Origin: Phoronis australis
Taxonomy: Eukaryota; Animalia; Phoronida
Assembly (NCBI GenBank): GCA_002633005.1
Contig: NMRA01000383.1
Location: 198,951 to 262,950 of the forward strand
Length of the DNA stretch: 64,000 bases
Direction of reading: 5' to 3'
Shown piece by piece: positions 52,984 through 64,000 of this stretch. The translations under genes and the position numbers were made by a program. The notes beneath the pieces are model-generated. The model was not told where the DNA came from and searched no databases. It was given only the letters and a program-made list of their open reading frames with translations. How positions within the stretch are numbered: the first letter of the stretch is position 1; the number at the start of each line of letters is the position of its first letter.

Positions 52984-55900
52984 TAAGTTATAATTATTCA
53001 CAGTTTGAAATAATGTCGGTTTTTTGTGCTTGTGTACAATGAAAACGAAATAGAAATTATTTTTAGACATGCCAAATTTACCCAGTAACACCAGAGGGTC
53101 TGCGAGCGCACAGAAACTGATTCTGGTTTGTATTTCCACATGAGTCTATCTGCTTCATATCCAAAATCTTATTTCGCGTAGTGCGTAGTTAAATCTGTAC
53201 CCAATACCTATTTCTTCCAGTGAGTACTACAGAACCCTTCCTTGACAACCTCTCGCAGCAGTTGACCACCAGATGTGTAAACTACACGTATGAGCAACCA
53301 CTGGGGATTAAAACGCGTCTAGAGAGAAGTTTCAATTCAAAATTTTTTTGCAAAGTACGCTTTAGGTCTCACGACGGACCAGTCCAGCTTGATTTGTGTA
53401 GATATCGAGTTTCAGTGTACTTCTGGTCCCTCGGCGAACTAGTCTTGTGATGTTTTTTACCAAAGTGTGCTTTGTAAAACTATTTGTCTCAACCAGTACT
53501 GTTTGGTCCCGCGACAGATCGACTATTTTTGTAGGGATAATTAGCACATTTGTACTTTTGGTCTCGTGACGGACCAGGCCAGAGTTTTTGTGTAATCTCA
53601 GTGTACATCTGGTCCCTCTACGAACTACTCCTGTATATCTTTTCACCACGGTGTAGGCTTACAGAGTCTTTTGGTTTCGTGAAACTGTTTTCAGATGATT
53701 TGTTTCCTGATACATTTGACGCTTTTCAATTGTTGTCAACGTGATTCAGCTTAATAAAGTGATACTTAATTGTTTATTGTTGCTTTTAGTAATAGACTAT
53801 GAGCAGAGAGCACCATCGTTCGCCAGTTTTTCTCGTAACGAGACAGAACATATGTTTATTTCCGGACTAACAGTACAGGTCTTCATTCTTAAACAGTTTG
53901 AGGCTGTTGCGATCATCTGATATTCAAGTTTTTACGCTTCGTGGGTGCTCCTTATGCTCTTCAATGTTTGGTAGTTGTCTAAACCCCTGTATACACTCCA
54001 CACTTTTTCGTATGCTAAAAAGGTGTGTGTAAGCAGATGTTCCAACAAAAATTTTTGCTGGTGGTGTGACTCATACCCATATGTGCACAAATATGGTTTC
54101 ATGAAACTTATGAGCCAAGTTCATGTGACGAAATCGAGAAGGGTTTTTAATTATCCTAAGAAAAACTCCAGGGACATGTTAAGGGCCAGAAACCTACCAG
54201 GATGCATAGAAATTTCACTGTTTGGCTACAAAAACAAAAAGTTGTCTTACACGGGAGGGGGTTTATCCCCCTCCCACGGGAAGGGGTTTATCCCCCTCCC
54301 GACCTCCGCCCCTCCCCCCCGCTCGGCGCCACGCGCCTCGGATTCGACCTTTGCGGGAATCCTAAGCCCCCCCTTACTGAAAACGTAGATCCGCCACTGT
54401 CATTGAAGTCAAGTATCGTCTTGACTTCATCGGCGTATTCGTATCCAGCCGAAATAAAACTTAAAGAGAAAGATAATGTTTTTGACAGCAAATAGTGTCT
54501 GATAGTTCTGTGGAATGTGTGAAGTTATTAACGATCACCAATTACAAATATAGGCTAAGATTTTGCCACTGCGATTTTCAAAAAACTCGACAGACCCGGC
54601 GTTGCTAAGGAATTAGGGCCGGGTAGGTGGTCGGCCGGGCAGCGGCGCCGGCAACTGAGTAAGTGGTGTCGAGCCAAGATAAGAAAACGTAATGGATTTC
54701 GAACAGTGAAAAGCACGAAAAACGGTTATAGACATCGAAAGTGTAAACAAAAGAAACGAATTTTGACGAGAAAGTCAAAGAACGCGAGTTTGATAACGGG
54801 CATCCCATTGATTGAGCCCTCTCGGTGACGAGACCATATACAGACATATTCATGCAAACAGGATACTGAGCAGTAAAATTTGGTTGATATCTCTTTTGTG
54901 AAAAGATTAAAGTTGGATGTTAAATCTAAATGTTTGATTCGTGGCGTTGTGTGTTAGGCCTATTGGGTGCTGGCCCACCGTGACCCCGCCCGGCTCAGTG
55001 GCTGACTCAGTCAGATTGCTAGTTACTCTATTTCCTGTCCAAAAGATTAAAATAAAGATTTTTGTCGGCCAGAGTCATTTTGGCGTCACATGAGGTCCTA
55101 AAACGATAATATGCTCATAAAAATGAAATCTAATTTCGAAAAACCGCATTTGGTAGAAACGTTCATTATAACACGTTGGCAAACACAGTATCAACGGTAC
55201 ATTGCAACTCGATCGGAGGTAGTACTTGGTCTGTGAAGTCAGACCGTATAAGCCGACTATTTACTTGGTCGGGTGGCCTACTTGATCTACGACATATCCA
55301 TTTCAGAGGAGTGATGGTTGGGTCAGGAAACTGGAAAAAAGTGAAAAACGCTCCCTGAAATTACACAAGGCCAAAAAATTGCCTCTGGTCTGTACCCGAC
55401 TCATTTTGAGCCGGTCCAGAATAGAGTCAAAGACGTTAACGGTCTCTGATAGAGTTCAGTAACGCAGGACTTACGCTAGAACCTCGCTAAAAAGCAACGC
55501 GAGATTACCTGAGACTGTCGTGTATTCCAAACGAGAACACATACGTGATTTTGGCTAGATTTTTCTAGTCGCGAAACAGCAACTGACCTCTACCCTGCGC
55601 TGACTGACTAAATGAAGGAAATAACGCTCACCTGCATCAGTTTCAGACAAGGTCTCGTGATTTTAAAAGCACGTAAGCAAGTACAATGTTTGAAACTGCA
55701 TGGTTAGCCAATCAGCATAGTAAAAAGAAAAAGTAATCCCCGCGGCATGATTTTTGCTCTTCTGAGATAGATTTTCTTTTTCGAAAAAGTAAGTAAAAAA
55801 TGAATCACAAACCAAAAAATAACTACGCTTCGGGCAACCTCCGGGCTCCCACCAACGCCGCGGTTGTTGAACCGACATCCCGGCAAATTCCACTGAGCGC

Positions 55901-56970
55901 CATTGGCTCGCAAAAAATTGCAAGCAAACATGTATATTATTTCTAAAAGAAATTTATTAATTTCAATACATTTTCAAATAATTACTGTAGTGGGCGCGTT
56001 CAAGCCAGGCCTGTAGCAGAACGTATTCAGGTCTGACTATAGGCCTGATAGGCTTACTTTCAATCAAGCGCGCACCGATAGCGGCAGTGCACGGCGTATT
56101 ACGACTTTTTTATAGAAGATCAGCAATCGCATCCCCGAAAAAATTGAGAAACATTAGATTAAACACAAAGTTTTACTGAACTTGTTTTCTCATACATGAA
56201 TGATCACGAATGGCAGACTAATGCCGCAGGACACAGGTGCGATTAATTCATCAAAACGCTCCTAAGTTACACAAGACCTAGTACAAACGGAATCAATTTT
56301 TACCACAGGCGAGCACATTCACTGCACACAGTAAAACATACTAATGATGCTAAAAAAACACGTACACCTGAACCTGAGCTCTTTTTAATAAGGTGCAATA
56401 AACTCGCCTTTGGTACTAGGCCTAAGAATTGATTTTGATTTAGATCATAACACATCGCTTATCGTTCGGCATAGGCAACCTAGGGCAGCTAGCGTACGGT
56501 AACTTGTACGCCGTGAATGACGCAGAAATAGAAATGCAACCCTGTCCTAAAATCAAATCAGGCCTAATAACATGATTCTTCTATCGGAAACCTATTCCTA
56601 TATTTTCAAATTAGGAAAAAAAAACGAAAACGCATATCATAATCCTAAAATTCGCAAATTAATATCTTTTTCAGACAAAATCCGATTGCATGATTTTTCT
56701 ATTGAAAACCTGTTTATATATTTTCACATTCGGAGAATGAAATAAACTATCCACTACTGATTTCGCTTTGAGTACGTCGCATTAATGCCTGGGGCCCATC
56801 AGTAAGTATTCTGTAACATTGTGCACCATCAGAATGACCCACCTTTTGAAGCACGAGACGAAATTTATTATGATTGAGTAAGTTTTGTGCATCTCCATGC
56901 AATTTACCCTCATATCGCTTCCGTTGGCATGACAAAAAGTGCCCGGGATCGTGTTTCTATGTGTTACCAG

Positions 56971-57153
56971 GCGAACAGTTTGGCGCTTCTTGAACACTGG
57001 TGTCCCGCCTCCACCGTCGGGGACATTTCCACACGCCCCTGGCTCAGAACTACACTCACGTCACCCCCTCCACATGATAATGAATCCTTCATCATGGATG
57101 GATGAGTCGCTCAATATGTCAACACCATGGATGCACGAAAGGAATACCATAAG
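56971..57153 (+). CDS. Unidentified gene, putative exon A (candidate ATG at 57074)
   Basis: Acceptor TTACCAG at 56970, open frame ...GVPPPPSGTFPHAPGSELHSRHPLHMIMNPSSWMDESLNMSTPWMHERNTI, phase-2 donor AG|GTGAAT compatible with the next exon. Confidence 0.55.
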
Positions 57154-57627
57154 GTGAATATCAAAGACAAGACTTGTAAATGAGTTAGAGTTACTGAGAT
57201 TATGTAGGATCTTATCATCAAGTTCATACATTTATCCGTACTTAAAATAAGTTAACACTGTGAAAGGAGATGTTTTCTGGGCGTAGAAAACCTATGGACT
57301 TTTTGATTTTTGAATTTATGTCAGTCTGTCATTGTTATGAGGGTTTCGGTAAAATTTTGGTAGAAAGAAAAGTACATGTGTAGCTGTACGTTACTGGGCC
57401 AAATTTCATTTAATATAATGTTCAAGATGGAATCTCAGAAACACTGTAACAGTTTTCTAAAATAGCATTTTGTTTTTGTTTCATGCAAATTTTGAGGTTT
57501 TCCACATGAAAAATAAAATTCGTATTTTAGAAGCACCCGAAGCAAAAGTGGAGAACACAAAGCGTGTGAAAGGTTTATTTGATTTTGATCGCCATTTAAT
57601 GAGATGTGAAATTACGAAGTTGGTCAA

Positions 57628-57812
57628 ATTTGGATGTTTAAAGTCTTTCATAACCTCATAGCCCAGTGACATTTGGATATTTATAAAAGTCTTTTATAAC
57701 CTCAAAGCCCAGTGACATTTGGATGTTTATAAAAGTCTTTTATAACCTCAAAGTCCAGTGGCATTTGGATGTTTATAAAAGTCTTTTATAACCTCAAAGC
57801 CTAGTGACATTG
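57628..57812. repeat. 46-bp minisatellite x4
   Basis: Unit CATTTGGATGTTTATAAAAGTCTTTTATAACCTCAAAGCCCAGTGA. Confidence 0.93.
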
Positions 57813-58038
57813 CTGTTGTAATACATCTATGTCATTTCGTATTGTCCCACAATGCACTGCTTAAAAGCTGTCATTGTTGGACGGCAATAGGCCTAAATAT
57901 TTCTCTCATACAGTCAAACAACGTTACAACCTCTCTGGTTGACAACTTTGCCATAGACAGCTTTTTATGATGCTGTCTATGAGTAGAAATGCTGCTCTTG
58001 CAAGGTAACCTCCACATCACTATTAGCTTTTTCCACAG

Positions 58039-58150
58039 TCGATCAGCACAGGAGCCTCGCGATGGTCCAGCACTATTCCCCAACCTGCCAGGAAAAGACG
58101 AGTTCCTTGTGGACGAGCCAGAACTGGGTCGCCATCAGATGGCGTTTATG
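58039..58150 (+). CDS. Unidentified gene, putative exon B
   Basis: Acceptor CTTTTTCCACAG and donor ATG|GTATGT around a GC-rich island; (S)RSAQEPRDGPALFPNLPGKDEFLVDEPELGRHQMAFM. Confidence 0.7.
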
Positions 58151-58872
58151 GTATGTGCTGGTTACAGTTCAGAAAATGACAGCTAATTGGTAGAACTAAG
58201 TGTTGAATACATTTCCCAAGTCCCATCCACACTTAAGGATTGTCTGCAACACATTGTTGTGAAAAGTTGCTGTTGCGTTGCAGACTGTACACTAAGTGTG
58301 AGCAGGCATTTGAAGTTAAGCAATGCTTGACAGTCAAGCGACAAGTCTGCAACAGCGATGGATTGTTCACACAAGTGATGGGTCGTTGCTCAGTGTTTCC
58401 GTAGCAGGCAAATCACTTAGTGTGAGCAGACCTTTAGGTTTTATCTGTTTGAATGCTGTGGAAATACAGAATCTGACTTATTCATAGCCTAGTGATGGAA
58501 ACAAGACGGTTGACACACTTAATTAGTTGTGTTTGTGAAAAGAGTTTATTGCTGTGTTTATAAATAGGGAGCAATGTTCGTGAGGAAGTCACCAGTCTCG
58601 ATTTCAGCGAATGACTGGCAGCCAATGGTGAAGATTGGCGATTTGTACTAAAATCACAAAAGCACAGCCTACAAATGTTGTTATTTTGTACTTCTGGTCA
58701 AAGGTAATAATATCTTAAAGACATCTATCCCATCCAACAGCTATCCCAAAAAATAATGCAATTTTTCACCCTAAAATGGAGTGTATCCCTTTAAGGTATT
58801 TCGTTTTCTTTCCTGACATAATCACATCATTTAAAAGAAGTTTTTGATTAATGTGCTTTATGTTGTTTTCAG

Positions 58873-59005
58873 AGACAGCCAACAGGGGACATGCGGTCCG
58901 AAGGCAGTCCATTTTTCTCTGATCAAGGAGATTCAGCAAACTACTCTCTCTTTAGCCAGCAGACCCCATGGGGAGTTCAACTTGGCATGGCAGGGGACAA
59001 CAAGA
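58873..59005 (+). CDS. Unidentified gene, putative exon C
   Basis: Acceptor TTGTTTTCAG and donor A|GTAAGT; RQPTGDMRSEGSPFFSDQGDSANYSLFSQQTPWGVQLGMAGDNK is the only frame left open after splicing to exon B. Confidence 0.7.
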
Positions 59006-59991
59006 GTAAGTCACGCCGATTACCGTGGTTTTGTAGGGAAATTATGTTTTAGAGGCTGTTCACAATTATCGCCATTTTCACATCTGTGCAAACTGTACGT
59101 ATGCTGTTAGTGTCATAAAAATGGCAGTGTCACATATAGGTATTTTTTAATTACATTCTCGAATTGGAAAGTTGACTAGATCCAACCAGATAAAAAACAA
59201 AAATCAAATACACAAACAATTGTTTTTTTAAAAAAGTGTTTGAATTTATTGCACAGTTATACCATGTTCCTGTTTTTAAACTTGCAAATACAAAAACCTT
59301 GTCCGATAAAAATATAGCCATTTTTGTAAGCTTTAGAGGTGAGGGATTAGAGTTGGGAAAGGGTAAAGTGTGTATGTTTATGAAAATGGTGATAATTGTG
59401 AATGGTTCCTTACTGTTTATTCATTGAATTCATTCTATAGCTGTAGAGTGTATTTAAGCCAGTACACGTGATGGAGTAAGTTTTTAATGTAGGATACTAC
59501 GCACACTTACAAGCCTGCACCTAAAAAGGTTACAGTCGTGCTTCAGTGTGTAGAGCTCTTGAGCGAAAATTAATTCATGAAAAAATTCTCTAATTTGAAT
59601 ATAGGTGCATAGGTATGATTACAGTGACCATAGGGTAGCCACATATTAAATTCGTCTGTTTTGATATGCTTTATTATTTTGCATCTGAAAGTTTCTGATC
59701 CTCACAAATTGCATCTGAAAATTAATTGATTCTCAGCTTGTGAGTGTTTGAGCGAGCTGAGCAATGAATTTTTCTCGTGATTTGTTGGCATTATTTCTTG
59801 ATTGTCCGTGTATGTTAGTTTTTTGTTTGTCACGGCAGTTATCAAAAATGGTCTTGGTAAAGATTGCATGATTTTTCCTTGCCATAAGCAATTTAGGAAA
59901 ATAGTTGATTTAGAAATACATCAGAAAGCTATTTACAATTAAATCATATTTGTCTCTCAAAAGTTAGATTGTTAAGTATTAATCTCTATGT

Positions 59992-62900
59992 TAGTCTAGA
60001 CGCATTTCTGGAAAATGTGGATGTTAGAGGCATTTTTTAGTAAAAGTGGAGAACATGTCTTTTTAGCATAATTATGGTATGCTGATTTCGATTATGCCTG
60101 TTCCCAAGCTGGATTTTGAGTTTTTGACCATCTAATTTGCATAATCAAAATGGCCGCCAAACCAACAAGATAAGAAACATTCGTAAGACCAGGAGTACAA
60201 TATGTGACGAACAATTAAGAAATTTTTGCTTCGAAAACATAGCATAAGTGTGTTTAGATCACTTAAATTTAAGAGCATATTAATGAACGTCATTAAATTC
60301 CCCAATTATGCTAATTAGCTTCCGCCATTACCAAAAAATTCAAATTTCAGTGTAACTTTATCAATTTGCAGGCAAACATGACAAATAAGGTGTCTATACC
60401 TATGTTTTGAAGGTCTAGAAAAATCATTATGACACATGTGAAGCTTTTTATTTCATCTTCACTAAGTTACAAAAGCTCATTTATAAAGTCTGAAAATTAA
60501 ATTAGAAATCATAATTATCAATGCCTTTTGTGAACATCTCACTATTTAGATAAGACATCAAAGTATTGTAAACATAACAACATGACTTTTAAATACTGTT
60601 GTAAAGAGATGCATGGCCATATCGTCCCATTTTGGACAGGAACATACCGTCCTCACAGTCGACCAAGCACTCTGCTGCAGATTAATGGAGCTTACGTGTT
60701 CGGTCCCAGAATACTAAAATATGTTAATACAGTACCTTGTTTAGTGGTTCTTCATGTACCAATGAACTTTATCAAGTCCATAGAAGATGACATGAGTGAT
60801 TCCGGAATAGCTGAGGTGTGTATGGAGAGTGCAGTACTTGGTCAAGGTCTATGGAACTGGTCCTCAGTGTAAAGTCGTACAGCAAAGCAACAGTATGAGG
60901 GCACACAAACTGTCTTTGCAAGCTCTGTGGCATCTCCTGCATGTGCCAAGCCTTCTCTCGTTTATTGCAGAAGCGACTGTCATACTTGTATTACCAGTAT
61001 GTCTGCAGATGATGATCCACTGAAAATTCCGGAGTTTTTAACATTTCTCAATTAGGATAAGTTCAGGAAACTCCTGGGCATTTTGTCAACAGTAGTTCTG
61101 ATGATGTGAATTTCAGCTTCTAGTGGAGTTACATGTACATGGTTCTAATACTGTTAAAGTACACATGCTCTCAATGGGATGGTATTTTGGAAGTGCATCT
61201 CTATTCATTTACTCTCGTGCTGCCTCACCGAATTATGCCCGAGTGGGGTGCGGTCTTTTTAGCGGAGATACATCAACTTCCGCAGTCTGTTTGGTCAGAG
61301 TTTCAATAAGGAAATTTTGTAGTCAAGTGATCTCCTCATATGCTCTGTCAGGTAGATTCTGACCAGTGGGTAAATGGGGAAGGCAAAAAGGAGGTGGCAT
61401 CATCGGTAATACCAAAACCTCGTCAGCTTTATGGAGGTGGACACTCTCATTTAATCTGAAATCTCATATAGCTGAACAAACTTACTGCTGTGGGAGTACA
61501 TAGTTTCATAACGAAGCCACGAGGCAAGTGTCGAGAGTTCCCTTCTTTGCGCATTCCATGGATGGAAGGTCTACTCGTCCACAAGGCCTTAGCTGCTACA
61601 AAGCCTTGCAACAAAAGACCTAGCAACAGCACTAATCCAAGAGTGACTTTTACATGCCAAGGAACTTGGACACGAACAAACTAAGAAACTTGTTCGAGAC
61701 CGATTATCACTGCGCAATGCGATAATTCAGACATGTCAATTCACGCGCCTATGCGCTAAAATAATGCCCCAACATTTGCCAACTTGCATGATGTGGTGAA
61801 ACAATCCAAAGACAAAGACAAGAAAATAGTTCTTAAGGCAGAGAGAGATATACTTCGCTGCCTACCTACGGCTTATGAGTTGGGTCGGCCAGTTGAATTG
61901 CCGTCTGTGCTCTAACGCGAGCTTCTTCCCGTCCATGTTTTCTTACAGAAACGAGTGGCACATTGCGCACTGGAGATAAATCTTCACTTGCCAAAGTATT
62001 AATAGTTAACACATCGACTGTCCTCAAAAGAATTCAACTTCATAACTCGCCCGCTTGCCTCATTTTGATGGCGAAGCATTGCTGGTAGCTCTTGGGAAGC
62101 TTGATGGTGATGTGACCTTCGAGAACCTGGCTGATTCATTCATGAAAACAGTGCTAAACATAGGATTTCGATATCATAAAATTGACATTGTATTTGACAG
62201 ATACAGACAAGAAACTATGAAATACACAACATGAAAACAGCGTAGTAAAGGAATACAGCAAATCAGGTGATTTTTGGAAGGCCGTGGTGTACCTCTTCCT
62301 CAAAACTGGTCAAATTTTCGTGCACTGGCTGAGAATAAAGAAGACCTAGCACATTTCTTGTCAGAGGAACTGTGTTTGTAGACACCTGAAGATAAAGAGT
62401 TTATGGTTGCTGGAGGGTTCAAAAATGAGCTGGAAGTAAATTAAATCATCTACGGTTATGACTGATTTGAGGACTCTGAAATCCACACATGAAGAAGCAG
62501 ATGGAAGATTGGTACTGCAGGCTGTCCACAGTCTGTCGTGTTTTCAGGGACACCCAATGTTCTACTGCTTCTGGTATCGAACTTCCAACAAATGCAAAGT
62601 GAGCATATCTGTATGATGTCAGGCACATCAAAGAAATAACGATATATACCTATTGAAGCACTTTTCAACAAACTACTACGAGACTCGGCAACATCCTTGT
62701 TTGATTTTCATGCCGTGATCGGGTTTGGCACCAACTCGTACTTTGCCAATCACATGAAACAATCATCATGGAAGGTGTTCCTAGAGCATCACAGATTGCT
62801 TAAGAACCCCTGCATTGGTGAACTCACTGAGCAAATTACGATGGCTTCATAAGTATTTGTCTGCAGAATATACAACACGACCTGTAGATGTAGCACGCCA

Positions 62901-63985
62901 TTTACTATTCTCCAACCCCGTGAACCCAGAAGTCCTTCCCCCTCACCCATAATGCCCGCCGTTTCCATCTGATGAGATTGCACTATCAGGTCAAGGTATG
63001 GCGAAATGATCATTGTTCCATACCTGAGCTCCCAGCACCCTCTGATATGGGAGGGACACACAAACTTATGCTTGCAGCCCATACTGATGACACAGAGTTC
63101 TATCCCAGAAAGCTGCCTGGAGAGGGTATTGTGTGCATGCCAGAAACAAGGCAACAACAGACAATGCAAATGCAAGGCATATGGATTTCAATGCATATCA
63201 TTATGCTCATGCCAGCAGCGCATTCCTTGTATGCAAACAGTTTGATTTGCCTGGCTTTAGGCATGTTAAAAAGTACCCGGTAAAGTGAATGCTAAAACTG
63301 TGTTCAGCAGGCCTGAAAATAATTCATGCAACTGAGAATTTAATGTCTTCAATAACAATAACTATATTGATTTTTTATGAATGGAAGATAACGGGATAGT
63401 GTGAACATTTGTCCTATATTCCATCAAAATAGTGACACCTTGCTTGACGAGCATTGCAGATTAACGACTATTTTTTCCACATTCGGAAATTATACGTCTA
63501 TAACCCAATAAATATAAAATATATTGCTCCAAAAATGTTTTAGCATGTTTGTTGACCATGAAAATATAATTATAAACAACTCATTTTTCAAGTTAGCCTG
63601 CAGGAACACAAACTTAAGATGCAAATTACATTGTATGGTAATGGCGGCGCCTAATTTGCATAATTAGTTTTCAGAGTTGCATTTTTTGTATTCATAAGTG
63701 ATGTATTGCTCAAGAAGTATTTATAAGAAGTGTACAGGTGAGACATTTCACCATTTTAAATGGTATATGGTGATTTCTATTACACAAATAGATCTGAACT
63801 TGACAATTTGGCCGCCATTTTGTTTATGCAAATTAGATGGTCAAAAATGCAAAATTCGGCTTGGGAACAGGGTTAGTTGAATTCGCCACACCTTGATTGT
63901 GTGAAAAAGTCTTGTTCCCAACTTTTACTAAAAAATGCTTCTAGAACCTTATACAGGGCTCTTTTCAGGAAATGCGTCTAGACTA
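59992..63985 (+). mobile_element. Academ DNA transposon (decayed, both ends intact)
   Basis: TGT|TAGTCTAGACGCATTTC ... GAAATGCGTCTAGACTA|TGT (3-bp TSD, TAG..CTA termini), with several hundred bp of imperfect TIR. Confidence 0.9.
60720..63245 (+). pseudogene. Academ transposase remnant (many stops and frameshifts)
   Basis: Motifs LHVPMNFIKSIEDDMSDSGIAEVCMESAVLG, IDIVFDRY, STHEEADGRLVL, FHAVIGFGTNSYF..KQSSWKVF, and a C-terminal Cys cluster CACQKQGNNRQCKCKAYGFQCISLCSC. Confidence 0.85.
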
Positions 63986-64000
63986 TGTGCTATGTTTCAC

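Larger units (their letters stand above)
51677..54399 (+). mobile_element. hAT-like transposon (contains assembly gap) with decayed transposase
   Basis: Perfect 16-bp TIR CAGTGGCGGATCTACG / CGTAGATCCGCCACTG, G/C-run subtermini, flanks TTATT / TCATT. Confidence 0.8.

Noticed and set aside
56747-56997. Minus-strand ORFs faintly resembling an IRF-type domain
   Set aside because: No conserved Trp pattern, and the plus-strand spliced model explains the adjacent region better.

Overview
AT-rich, repeat-dense animal genomic DNA, most likely from a marine invertebrate (inferred from the Kolobok/Academ/hAT/Harbinger repeat mix). It is not prokaryotic. Three spliced genes were reconstructed by hand. 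(1) A PSKH1-type Ser/Thr kinase on the minus strand, with coding exons 30236-31114 and 1-270 separated by a ~30 kb intron; the CDS runs off the window start. (2) A complete 12-coding-exon WDR89 gene on the minus strand (37361-47456, 373 aa). (3) The 5' part of an unidentified plus-strand gene with three frame-consistent exons at ~56971-59005, which the ORF track does not assemble. The rest is DNA-transposon material and many 17-61 bp minisatellites: TTAA-flanked Kolobok-like elements, Harbinger-like MITEs including a self-nested copy, CAG-terminated hAT-like elements with apparent 5- and 6-bp TSDs, and a 4-kb decayed Academ. There is an assembly gap at 51825-52554. The most unusual structure is three unrelated transposon families arranged as concentric inverted pairs (A-B-C...C'-B'-A') inside the PSKH1 intron. 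I found no convincing novel multi-gene system or CRISPR array.
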